A DNA stretch of 64,000 nt from Antedon mediterranea (Eukaryota > Animalia > Echinodermata), in assembly GCF_964355755.1 (NCBI RefSeq), contig NC_092674.1, positions 4,216,001-4,280,000 on the forward strand, given 5' to 3'. Shown one piece after another: positions 38,156 through 50,307 of the stretch. The stretch's first letter is position 1. The number at the start of each line of letters is the position of its first letter. The translations under genes were made by a program, and so were the position numbers. Below the pieces are notes generated by a model. That model was not told where the DNA came from and ran no database searches. It saw only the letters and a list, made by a program, of their open reading frames with translations.

Positions 38156-39766
38156 TACCATATTTAGGTATACCATCACCATATTTGGAAACATCAAACT
38201 TTTTTGTCAAACTAGTGTAGTATAAAGTGTAGACAGAGCTTAGTCTATGTTATCAACACTGTAATGTACCGAGACCGCCGCAATCTGTCGCAACATTCTG
38301 TTTGTTTAGAATATATCATTTATACATACACATTTTCGTCTAGCCTGTTCAAATAAAGATTATGATAAAAATAGAAAACAAATATGCTGCTTTTGTCTAT
38401 TGTACTATTTTAAGATATAGATTAAACGTGACATTGAAATTGAGCTTTTATTACCGTTATAAATAAACAACTTTAAAAACGGCAGATTGATTATGAGCGC
38501 GTTCAAACTAAAGCTCTGTCTACACTATCAAACTTTATGTGACAAAAATATGATGTGCCCATATAGACAAGATAGTGTCATATCACTACCATATTTGAGC
38601 ATATCATTACCATATTTGGTCTCATCACATTTTTTAAACTAGTTTGATAGTGTATGCCCCAAGTCTGTAGTTATTGTCTATTTTATGTCAATCAACCAGT
38701 CGGCGTTTCGATTTTTGCCTGAGTAATACGAACTCACTGTGTATTATACGTATGGAACGCCATATGTGCCAACATACTTTTTACTAATTTTGGTCTAGAA
38801 CCTAGACTAGTTCAAACTATACAATACTGTATAATAATTTATATCTACTGCGTTCTTACGCGCATGTGCAGTGATCACTGCTTTAGTCGCGCCAATATTG
38901 AAGTATTTGAAATATAATAGTATAGGCTATAATAGTAGTACTATAGTAGTAAAAATGTCAATATTAATATACCACCCTAACCCTTTTCAGTTATCCTCAC
39001 ATTCATTGTAATACCTGGTAAACTAGAGAGTGGATTATTATTATTTTACGATGAGTTGACTTATTGTTTGAGTGATAATTACAATGATTCGGTTATTATA
39101 TATTTTTTTCTTCATAATATAGGATTAACTTGTCACGCCGCTAATGCATTGACCGCCATTTTTATCGCGTGCGGACAAGATGTTGCTTGCGTTGTCGAAT
39201 CTCATGTTGGCGTCACAGAGATGCGCAAGACACCAGAGGGTGATCTTAGGGTACGCCTAACCATACCGTCAATGATGATTGGAACCGTTGGAGGCGGTAC
39301 AGATCTACCTTCTCAAAACGTAAGTTTATTGAAATTAGATAATGTAATTACCAAAATTTGAAAGGTTTTGTATATCATATCATACAAGTTTACTTCCTAT
39401 TAGGACGTAAGCCCGCCGTATATAATTTGACCAATCACGATGAGATGGATCATCCGAACTTTTGATTTTGATTGGTCAACAAACCTACGTGGCGCCTGTA
39501 TGTCGTTGCGTTGCGTCCAAGTAGAAAAGTATAAACGACAATTGCACGCGACAGAATATTTTGTTTACCGTCTAGCCTTTCTTGTATTTTAGACGTGTCT
39601 TAGTATGATACAACTGCCCGAAGAGAACAGTCGAGATGCATTAGCTGAGGTCATAATGGGCGTGCTTTTGGGCGGAGAACTCTCTCTCAGCGCCGCAATG
39701 ACGGCGCATCATTTTTCAGCTGCTCATAAAAAATTCGCCAGAAGTGGAGTCACGAAACGGGTTTAA
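35341..39766 (+). CDS. HMG-CoA reductase-like protein copy 1 (soluble class I catalytic domain, predicted mitochondrial presequence), 5 coding exons, 452 aa
   Basis: Exons 35341-35519, 36321-37066, 37170-37232, 39123-39319, 39593-39766 splice in frame. Motifs ENYIG, PMATTEAALVASYSRG (catalytic Glu), GNASGQN, QDKK (catalytic Lys), HAAN, ACGQD (catalytic Asp), GTVGGGT, GELS, AAHKKFAR (catalytic His). No transmembrane/sterol-sensing domain. Confidence 0.93.
35545..35856 (+). mobile_element. LINE (CR1/L2-like) 3' fragment in HMGR1 intron 1
   Basis: Translates to SFKVAGAKIWNSLPINIKSAPTITSYKARYKSHFFS*, a typical ORF2 C-terminus (WNSLP), followed by a 3' UTR and an (ATT)n tail. Confidence 0.7.
37587..38088. 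mobile_element. Two inverted Penelope-like terminal fragments embedded in (TA)n inside a family B MITE (HMGR1 intron 3)
   Basis: 37587-37670 is the reverse complement of ~38005-38088, and 37772-37830 of ~37944-38000. (TA)n tracts at 37562-37586, 37829-37850 and 38088-38152. The surrounding MITE B spans 37505-38240. Confidence 0.7.
37713..37754 (-). ncRNA. Minimal type I hammerhead ribozyme motif
   Basis: Minus strand reads UUGCA-CUGAUGA-A-GGGC-UAGUGUU-GCCC-GAAA-GC-UC-UGCUAA: intact core, 4-bp stem II, palindromic minimal stem III, near-complementary stem I. Confidence 0.75.
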
Positions 39767-41094
39767 AAAGTGTTTGGAATAGAACATATACTATTAAAGC
39801 ACATATTATGTATTATGACAATGTGTGTTGTGATGTTTGAACATAGACATGAAACAATAAACAAATACATGCTATGTTTACTATTAAGTGTATTAAAATC
39901 ATATTAATTAATTAATATACTTGCACATACGGCACTAGGTATCCTAAAGTTCACGAAAAAAGGTAATTGGCATCCAAGTTAATATCGTATATGAAGTGCA
40001 GAATCTACCACTATTCTGCTGCAGTAAGTTCACTTTTTAATTGTTTCATTGTATTTATGTGGTTTTTGATTGATCAAAATGATCGGAGAATAGAAACAAT
40101 CTTGCATTGCAAGCGTTGGTTCTACTTCGTGATTGGTTAAAACTTGCAAAATGGTCGTATTGCAGTACGGTTTGTTTCTGTTCTGTGATTGGTTGAAAGT
40201 TGTAAACGTTGGCTCGTCCCCCACTTTAATAAGTTTATGGTTCTGCTTTGTGATTGGTTAAAACGTTTTGAGAGGGCGACAAACAAACATTGAGCTACTT
40301 CGCACAACCCTGGCATAGCAGCAGAATCACAATAATTTGATATAATAGTAAATAAGCTTGACCGATAGTACAGTGTTTTGCGGTTTATTATATACATATA
40401 TTTTACATACCACACGTTAGATAATCTTGGGTAAAGTAAACCATTGTGTAAATACATACATCAATCGCCTTAATATCATTCCTTAACAATAACTGTAATG
40501 CATAAATTTATAATATTGTAATAAAGATTAACCATACATTTGTATGTTGACCGGCAAGTACATTATGGACGTGGATTGACTTAGGAAGATTTACTTAAAA
40601 CGTTTAACTTACGTATATCACTACCATATTGGGACACATCAAACTTTGTTGTCAAACTAGTGTAGTATAAAGTGTAGACAGAGCTTAAGTCTATGTTATC
40701 ACCACCTAATAATGTTACCGCCGCAATCTGTCGAAACATACTGTTTAGTTACTTATTGTGTAGAAGAATTGAGAAAGTAACACCCCCGCCCCGATTAAAT
40801 GTTATATTTAAGCAGTAGTATTAAACGTATGTAAAGTAACTGTATATTATTAAGATAGGATAAGTGTAGTTTCTGTAAATAATATTGTACGTCATTTTAA
40901 ATTTTAATTACCGTTAATGTGGATACAGTATAGTGTGTAATATTAGTATGTATTTTATTCAATAAGGGAAGATAATAAATAAAACTAATTATTACAAAAG
41001 AAGTGAAGTCATTGTTAAATTTTTCGATTATCGATGTGTAACTCTCCTCCTGGGCTTAGTGTATCATAAAGAAATTTATTTTGTTAAAATCTTA

Positions 41095-41470
41095 TTTCAA
41101 CAATATTTTACGAGGGTGGTCCATCCAGCCGAAGCTGATCATTAGGGACCCTCACAGAAATACATCATGACAAGACATAAACATGTAACAACAAAAATTA
41201 AATTAAAATAAATATAATTTATGAAGATAAAATAAAGCACAAACAATTTAAAATCAAAAATTAAATAAATAAAATTAAATTGGCCATTTGATAAAATGGA
41301 AGTATCTAAACAAGAAGATAGTCCTTGAGCAGAAATTTGAAGGAAAAGGGTAAGATGAAGCAAGTCGGATATCTAAAGGAAGAGAATTAAAAAAAGTAGG
41401 AGCATTGAAGCTAAAGGACTGTTTGAACAGTTCCAAGTAAGGTCTGGGTATAATGAGATCACCGTTAGTG
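41095..41470 (-). mobile_element. LINE 3' fragment (ORF2 C-terminus plus 3' UTR)
   Basis: Minus strand reads QSFSFNAPTFFNSLPLDIRLASS...FKFLLKDYLL*, resembling L2/CR1 ORF2 ends. Confidence 0.55.
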
Positions 41471-42644
41471 ATCTGCTGTGTGGCCTGCAGCCATTAGATG
41501 TGATCTTAGCAAGTAAATAAATAGCATTATTATTAGACGATATTTTTCAGTACCTTTGCGCCGGTCTTCACCCCTCTTTTTTTCCCATTAGTCACCCCTC
41601 TTTTAATCCTTCAGTCACCCTTCTGTTTTTCCAATCAAACCTCGCCCACCCACCCCATAATCCATTCACCCAACACCGCGTTCTTTGATTTTAAGGTTAC
41701 CGACAAATGAACCGTACTCATTCATATACATAGTCTTTACTTATGTTTTTATAGTGCTATTCTAATTAAATATCCGATTTCGGAGCATTTTGGTAAACTT
41801 ATTTTTCAATATTTAATTTTGATTCAAAGATTTTGTCGTCTTTTGAATGTTAAACAATTTTCAACTATGTGAACTTTATCTGGTACCATTTATAGGTCCT
41901 GTTTGATTGTATTTTTAATGGCAGATAATGTTTGCTTAGCCAAGTCCTAAACAAACATTAGCACCTTGTTGAAATAGATATAATTATGATAATGTATTGT
42001 GTGAAAAGTAACATTATATATAGCTTTTATGTGTTATTTTTAGACAACGGTTCATGATACATACTATTATCATTCGTTATAGGCGTGTACAAGTTTGAAA
42101 CTTTGGACCAACATCAATGTCATAATTATTATGGACCTATACTTTATGTTTATGCAGTTTATGTATACAGATCCCACTCGAAATAATAATAATAAGAAAA
42201 AAAACCCATTAACAAACAAAAATATTAACGCACTTAAATAACCACTCTTTTTTTATGTAGTAAGCCTGTATAGTAAAGTTACTATTTTAAAATCAGGTGA
42301 TTACCGAACTTTGAAAATCAAGAAATAATTCCTTTAATTTCTTTCCATTAAATTAGTTAATGTGTCACTAGGCAATGTGTGCCAATTATATGTGTTTATA
42401 ATTTTAGTATTGTTCTATTTGACAATCTTGTGATAAAAATCACCAGATTTTCTGTTCGATCTATCGAGCCGATCCTTATCACTGAACTTCGAAACTTCCG
42501 AATAGATCTATAAAAATTATTATCTGTCAAGAGGTAGTTGGATAACTGGACTAAAATATCCTTTGAAGGTTGACATATTGATTATCAGCACTGACTTATC
42601 AGTATAAATTGGTACAATGTTCTAAAAATACATTGCTTGCAATA

Positions 42645-43978
42645 CAGTGCAAACACATCAGCAATCGTAACTCTAAATTTAGAAACATCGAATTCTAAAA
42701 TTATAATATGTTACTAATTTTGGACTGAAACCAAAATGTTTGCAGAAGATAAAATGGGCGTATGGATTAATGGAGATATTAATGTGCAATGTATCTAATG
42801 TTCTAATTCTGTACTTTGAACAAACGTCATCTCTTAGAAACATCGAATACTAAAATTATAATGTGTTTCTAATTTTAGACTGTAACCAAAATGCTTGCAG
42901 AAGATAAAAATGAGCGTATGGATTAATGGAGATATTAATGTGCAATGTATCTCATCTGCTAATTCTGTATTTTGAAAATTGAATGAGAGATTTATATTAA
43001 ATTTTCATTACTATTTCTGTTTTATTTCTTTATTTATCCACACTCGTAAACAATTTCAAGACCAGGAAAGAGTGGTATTTTAACTTAAAAGTTACGGTTA
43101 TTTTATTTGTTTACCCTTTCACGTGATCCTTCGAAGTGGGTTCATCACATCACAATAAACATATCAATACGACTTAGGTGTCACATTTTTAAGCGTATGA
43201 AGACGAAAGGAAGTATCGGAATATAGAATGTATTTTTACATAAAATATAGTAAATAGGTCGAACAAACGCAGGTCTAGTGTCTCTTAAGCGTGGTTCCCA
43301 CTAGCGACGCAACGCAATTGGACGTAACGCAACGCAAGTGAATTGGCCAATCACAGGCGATGGCTTATTCGCTTGTGATTGCTACCGGTCTATAACTTCG
43401 CTTGTCATTGGTTAAAACGCTTGCGCTGCGTTTACGTCCTTGCGTTACGTTCAAGTGGGAACCAAGCCATCGCTTGTGATTGGTCAATTCACTTGCGCTG
43501 CGTTACGTCCTTGTGTTGCGTCGCTAGTGGGAACCACGCTTAAACAATACTACTATTCATATACAACTATACATTTATCTAACCAATAGGAAACGCTACT
43601 TTTGTATGTTGTGTACTGTGTTCATTTTAAAGTTTATCTGATTGCTTGTGATTTCTAGTTTTACTTTACCGTAATATTTTCGGAAGATGACAGAAAAAAA
43701 TAAACTGTATTGGGATTGATCAACTAGTGCTCTCTAGAGTTGGATAAACGTCTACCTAATTATAAACAAATGAATGAATATCTAATATAAATCTCTCATT
43801 CCAATTTCAGTACAGAAATTAGTAAATGATATACATTGCACATTATCTCTATTAATCCATACGCCCATTTTTATATTCTGCAAACATTGTGGTTTCAGTC
43901 TAAAATTAGTAACATATTATAATTTTAGCATTCGATGTTTCTAAATTTAGAGTTACGATTATTGATGTGTTTGCACTG
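42645..43978. mobile_element. Tc1/mariner-type non-autonomous element with long TIRs, containing a nested family A MITE (43288-43540)
   Basis: TA|CAGTGCAAAC...GTTTGCACTG|TA; arms of ~150-170 bp are reverse complements; the left arm is partly duplicated at ~42834-42990. Confidence 0.8.
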
Positions 43979-44961
43979 TACTATTGATAACTGATAGTAA
44001 GTAAATGCACCTGAGTACGTCCATGCCCTTTCCGAAACCTAAACATTCTTCTAAAGTTTTTCGCATATTAATGCGAAAACCTATAGTTGATAGTACTAGT
44101 TTTCTTTTTCATTCGGGACATTATTTGGTGGTGGTGGTATTAGGATTGGTCAACTAGGTATCTCGACGTTGTGAAGAATGTCTACCCACTAATTGATGGT
44201 AACTAAATTCACCCGAGACCTTTTTCCACACCAATAGTTTGTTCTCTTTTCGCATTAATAATGGTAAACATCTATAATAGTATTAGTTTTTTTTTCGTCG
44301 AGAAGTTATCTTAAAAGATAATATATATATATATATATTTTTTCTTCCATCAATTAAAACAGCCATATATAATTGAACCACTACTTTGAACATTTGCCAA
44401 GTGGCTGTTTGATGCTGAATTCCTATTGGTTGGTTCTGCACCTGTTGTTAATAATATGCTAATTAGGTTAAATACAGAAATATCAAGAAGTCGTCGTATG
44501 ATTAGCAAAACGACTCATGAGATGTGGTAAGCGTATCTTAAGTTATAAATAGACACGTTGATATTATTAGATAATACATAATCAATAAGATTATTGTGTT
44601 TTAATATTTCAAAATAGATTATAGAAGGTCGTTGACCGATGAATGAACTGTTTTCGTAACTCTTACCGTATTATTGATGGCCGATCCTCACAGATACAGT
44701 AGGCATTTGTGAAATTCAATCAAATAATTACATCAGAATATATAGAAGTTTGAATTAAACTTTCCTCCTTTGCATTTGTTGTATACTAAGATGAAAGGCC
44801 ATGCTTGTATTAAAAAATAATAAACAACGATGTTAGATCAGAAAAAAACTCTTTCTGAAGAATGAAATGAAAACATGTCTAACAACAGAATAATATCTTC
44901 ATTAAAATTAGAGTAAACATGTTTAACATGTTTATGACAACAACCCTTAGATCTGATCATT

Positions 44962-45045
44962 AGTTGCCCCAAAGGTAGTTGCCCCAAAGGTAGTTGCCCC
45001 GGAGGTATTTGCCCCAAAGGTAGTTGCCCCAAAGGTAGTTGCCCG
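44962..45045. repeat. 15-bp tandem repeat (agttgccccaaaggt), about 5.5 copies
   Basis: Visible directly. Confidence 0.85.
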
Positions 45046-45047
45046 GA

Positions 45048-45390
45048 CGGTATAGTTGTTAGTGTAATTGTCCAGGATGTTGCCCGATAACTGAAAAGAT
45101 GCGGTTTAATAAACAACATGAACCACCACTGACTAACTGTAGGTAGTTGTTTTTATCATTGTCCAGGGGGGTTGCCCGATAACTGAAAAGATGCGGTTTA
45201 ATAAACAACATGAACCACCACTGACTAACTGTAGGTAGTTGTTTGTATCATTGTCCAGGGGGGTTGCCCGATAACTTAAAAGATGTGGTTCAATAAACAA
45301 CTTTACGAACCACCACCAACTGTAGGTAATTGTTTTGTTTGTGTAATTGTCCAGGGGTTGCCCGATAACTTAAAAGATGCGGTTAAATAA
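45048..45390. repeat. ~93-bp tandem repeat, about 3.5-4 copies, upstream of HMGR2
   Basis: ttgtccagg..gttgcccgataact.aaaagatgcggtttaataaacaac recurs at ~45068, 45159, 45251 and 45347. Confidence 0.85.
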
Positions 45391-45590
45391 ATAAATAAAT
45401 AATATATTTACATGAAACACGTTACCAGTGTACCTGTAGATAATGCTACCTTATCGGTCATTGACTGCGCATGTTCCGTGACTTCACAATGTATAAAACC
45501 CTTTCGAGACGTGATACGGATATCATTCAGTGTTACCAATTATTACAAAATACGCGTTGTAAAAACTGGTCTAAGGATAACTGCTTGACA

Positions 45591-48500
45591 ATGTCGAAGT
45601 TAAGGATTTTGAGCAGAACAGCAACTAATGTTAATTCGTTTGGTCGATATTTTTCTACGAGCGTTTTGAAACAGAGCAGCGCAGGCGATGATGCTGACTT
45701 TAACGCACGAAAATCATTTCATAAAGTGTCGAACAAAGCCACCGCTGATATCCAAGTTAGAAACCAATCGTAAGTACTAAAATAATATGTAAGCATTTCT
45801 TTGAAAGAGAGAGAGAGAGAGAAATTAGATTTTACGATAGAATACAAGGGCGGGTCTGTGATTTCTTGAAAAAGGAGAACGGATAATGGGCGGCTCTCCC
45901 ATATCCGCGCCTGCTGCAGCTGTATGTAGTTTTTATCCTAACCGCACGTTCAGTATATAGCTTAAAGCTCTGTCTACACTATCAAACGTTATTTAACAAA
46001 AATGTGCCCATATAATGACATGATGATGTTCATAATTAGTTATATTTCACCATATCAGATTTGTTACTGTGAGGAATTTGTTTGTGGAAAAGAATATTCC
46101 ATCATTTTATGAATATTTGAGGATTTCGACTTACCGATTTCTTACAAGAATAATGAAAAGCGAAAACAGAATGTTAATTTGTATATACAAATATTTATTG
46201 ATGGATTCAAACATGTACTACAAATGGAGAGAGGCATATACCAATAGATAAAAGTTTTGGTCCTCTCTCCTTCATCTTTTTTGTTTTCTTTGTAATGCAT
46301 TATACCATATGGACAATTGTCTAAAATAAAAGTTGAATTGAATTGAATTGAATATCCCACCTACACTATTGTTATAGTACTTTGTGTTTTCCACCGATGT
46401 AAAGCTGTAATTCCCAATAATTGATTAATTGATATCTACTTTTCCATGTAATTTGTCGTTTTAGTTATAGGCCTATGAAGTTACTTTCTTATAGCCATAA
46501 TCACTTATATCGATATTAAACAAGTATTTGTGATACTCAGTATGCTAATAGAGTATTTGAATATGTGTGGTGAAATGCCGTAAATATATCATAGCTATAT
46601 ACTTTAAAATAACTTCTTACTTTTTCTAGAAACCAGGCTGAGTCAGCCACTGCTACTAGTGTGTCACTTAACAATAGAAACATGTACATCAACCAAAACG
46701 CGTTGCGTAATGTTGACCTATCACCGTTGGACGACATGTACAATGATGACACGTACACACGTAGCGTGGAAAAGTACATCGGAACTGTTAAAGTCCCAGT
46801 TGGGATGGTTAACGTCGACGTAAATGGCATATACGCAAAGGGATCATTCTCTGTGCCTATGGCTACAACTGAAGCTGCATTAGTGGCATCCTACTCAAGG
46901 GGCTGTAAGCTTATCAGGGCATGTGGAGGAGTCAACACAGCAGTTATCGGACAGACAATTCAGAGAGTTCCAGAGTTCATATTTCGCAACCTACCCGACG
47001 CGTACACTTTTTTACAGTGGTTTGATCGCCCCGAAGTCTTTAACGCTTTAAAATTGGCTGCCGAGAGTACAACAAACCACGGTAAACTTATTAAGATAGT
47101 ACCTAACTTACATGGTAATAAGGTTCATGTGAAGTTTTTGTATGAAACTGGAAACGCGTCTGGCCAGAATATCAGTACATTCGCTACCAATGCAGCTATT
47201 ATGAATGTTCTTCCCGAATGCCCTATTCAGCCAGAAAAGTGGCTGCTGGAAGCAGGTGGTTCGCAAGACAAGAAGGCTTCAATTGGGTTTTACAACAATT
47301 CTAGAGGATTGTATGTCACTGGTGAGATGGTGTGCCCAAAAGAACTTGTTGAAAGTATTCTAAAAACATCAGGTAAGTTTAGCCAAACTGTAAACAACCA
47401 CCTATCTATTTTCGCAGGTAACCATCTACGTTCAAATCTAAGATTAAATTCAGTATCCTAAGTTGAATCATTAGAGAAAAGGACTAAATAAATAAAATCC
47501 CTGTTGACTGAAATTACTTTCTCTAATCTAAAATGCGTTAATAAAGATAAGGGTAATAATGTTTAATGTTCTGAATTTATTTTGGCAGTTGATAACATGA
47601 ATGATGCCAACGAGTCGACACTTATGAGCTTATACATGCAAGGAGTAACAGGTACGTCACGTGAATGTTACGTAATAATGATCTTAATAATGTTGGAATA
47701 AAAGTAGACAGACATTTCTAATTCCCTTCATACTTACTACTAAGTTTATTTCAATACGTGCTTTGTACACAACTTTGATAAAACTGCGCAAAGCTTGTTC
47801 GTCAATTTTTTTTATTTTGGTAATGTTTAAAATGGTGATATATTTGTACAATTTGAGTGATTTATTTTTGTATTGTAATATATTTCAGGATTGACATACC
47901 ATGCATCCAATGCCCTGGCCGCCATCTTCATCGCATGCGGACAGGACCCTGCCTGCGTCGCCGAAAGTCATGTTGGCGTGCAAGAGGCGCGTAAAACACC
48001 AGAAGGCGATCTAAGACTTCGAATAACGATGCCATCCTTAATGGTGGGAACAGTTGGAGGGGGAACATTCCTGCCTTCACAAAGGGTAGGTTTTATGATT
48101 TATTTTGTCCAGAACTCAACTGTCAATGAACACTTGTTACGGACCTTATTTAGTTTAAACAACATTTAAAATAAAGTCCTGTAGTAGTAGCCAACGACAG
48201 ACAGTGATGTGCGCCTTGGTTGGACCTCAGTGTTGTAGTAAGCATATAGCGTTTGGGGTGTCTCGGCAGCCTAATTATGGTCCTGACACTTTAAAAAAGG
48301 TTTGTTTCACGACACTCGTTCTGTTTTACCACTGACGAAAATTTAGTTCAATTATTATTAATTATTATATTTTATAAAACAAAGAAATGTTATCCCGGAG
48401 TTACCCTTTAACATAATGTATTTGTGTATTACAGACTTGTCTTGATATTGTGCAACTTCCAGAAGAGAAAAGTCGACTTGCTTTTGCTGAAGTTATATTG

Positions 48501-48608
48501 GGCGTTATATTAGGAGGAGAACTGTCAATTGCGGGCGCTATGACTGCACATCATTTCTCATCAGCCCATCACAGTTTGGCTCGAAAAGGGAACGGAGTAA
48601 GAAAGTAA
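45591..48608 (+). CDS. HMG-CoA reductase-like protein copy 2 (soluble, predicted mitochondrial presequence), 5 coding exons, 451 aa
   Basis: Exons 45591-45769, 46630-47372, 47589-47651, 47889-48085, 48435-48608, with the same phases and near-identical lengths as copy 1. Motifs EKYIG, PMATTEAALVASYSRG, GNASGQN, QDKK, ACGQDPACVAES, GTVGGGT, GELS, SAHHSLAR. Confidence 0.93.
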
Positions 48609-49756
48609 ACGAAAGTATAAAACGTTGAATAATTGGTCGAGGGATTCGTCATTTAGAAACAATATTTTACTCACGGCGTGTTAAAAAAGTAACAAAATGG
48701 TCTTTGAAATCGTCGTGTGGTGGTTTACTTTGTTGAGTATTACCAACGCCTCTAAATGAGGACCATTTTACTATTATCCACATTAAAGTATACGGTGTTT
48801 CGTCGGTAAAAGGGGGTCATGGCTCAGGGTTAGTGTGGTTATATCTCGGTTGTGATTGTGACAATTAAACTCAGCTCAGTTTTATGATTTTACAAAACGT
48901 GTCCTCATCCTTTTATAGCCTACACTTTCAGACCTCCCAAAAAAAGGTTTTATAATTATAGGCATGTCCAAACTATTGAGGGCACTATAACATTTTTAAA
49001 TTATAACTAACAATACTATTAAAAATCTAAAAGTACTTGATATTGCATTAGAGATCAGAACTTTTTGTTCTAATAAGAGGTTCCCGGTAGATAGTATATA
49101 AAATACCGAAGTTGCTTTCAACGTTCCATATGTTGTGTATTGCTGCACTGTGTAATAAAAAAAACACGGTGTTTTCATCTTTGTCAACATTGTATATACT
49201 GTATAATTCGAATGTCGTTTTTTTACATAATATATAAGAATTAACCCTGTATAATAATAACAACGGTTTAATTTCATTAAACGATGTAAATATATTATTT
49301 GTAGATTAGGTGAGGGTCTAGTATATTGATATACCACCTACAATAGAACATTACTGTATGATGATGATCTTGTATAACAATCGTCTGATAAATAAAGCAT
49401 GTTAAACCTCATTGCGCATGTTATGTGTGTTTCTTTTAATTTGTTTTGTTTCGTAAACAATATTCGTTAAAAAAAAGTTGGGTTGAAGTGGCAAGGGGAG
49501 TATTTCTGCAGATGAAGTCACACCCATCATGGTTAAGTTTATATTACAACATAAATCGTTTTGTAATCGTGTAGTTGATAATACTGCCATGGTATAATTC
49601 ATACTACTGAAATAGTTTTAATCTGTCGTGGCGCTATTGCTTTGTGATGAAATGTTCTGTTGGTCAGAGGTTAATAACTTTTAATAAACCGTTGAGGGAA
49701 TATTTATTTCCTCTTCATGTTTTGTGTACTCAATCCTTTCAACATACATAACACAG

Positions 49757-49880
49757 TCTAGTCTGGGTTCCAGACAGAGTTTTGACTTAATATTAGTAAA
49801 AAGATAAATATGTTGGCTCATATGGTGTTCCATACGTATACTACTAGTCTCGAAATAACTACAGAATTGGCGCAAGTCTA
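49757..49880. repeat. Dispersed repeat family C (tccagacagagttttgacttaatattagtaaa...gcaagtcta)
   Basis: Related copies at ~7459-7664, 38655-38808 (reverse), 50591-50733, and inside each unit of the 569-bp array. Confidence 0.65.
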
Positions 49881-50307
49881 AAAATACTCATACAAAATGT
49901 ATCCTGTATTTTCTTTATTACATTTTAAACACCAATGGTACTGTCACAGTTTGAAAATAATAATGTTTATTTATCAAAAAATCAAGAGTTGGTAGCTTTT
50001 GAAATTAGATTTTCGAATAGCATTTTATAGATTAGTTGGAAGTATCAACCAGCTTTCACGTTTTACTTGGTGGGTTCAGAGGCCGATGTTAAATACTTGT
50101 TCTATGCTAATATTTGATTTAACATTTTTAGATTAACCTTATTGGACCAAAATCATTTACAATGCGTCGTATCATTTGGTCACTGACTATACTAACTCAG
50201 TTATTTATTTTTTTAAAGTTTTCGTATGAAAATGATAATAACAAATATATGTTAAAAGAGTGTTTTTGCTAGAATCGCTCGGTTGGTCTTTTTCTTGGTA
50301 CTTGGTA

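Noticed and set aside
37806-38225. 139-aa ORF with YIYIYI repeats
   Set aside because: Produced by (TA)n and Penelope/MITE sequence in HMGR1 intron 3.
44838-45119. ORF with GQLPL repeats
   Set aside because: Translation of a 15-bp tandem repeat.
45471-45590. Upstream in-frame ATG as the main start of HMGR2
   Set aside because: Starting at 45591 gives an exon of the same length as in the paralog and places the presequence at the N-terminus; the upstream ATG is kept only as a possible alternative start.
35341-48608. Bacterial contamination as the source of the HMGR-like genes
   Set aside because: Both have spliceosomal introns containing host MITE/LINE repeats and are contiguous with VPS36 and SULT.
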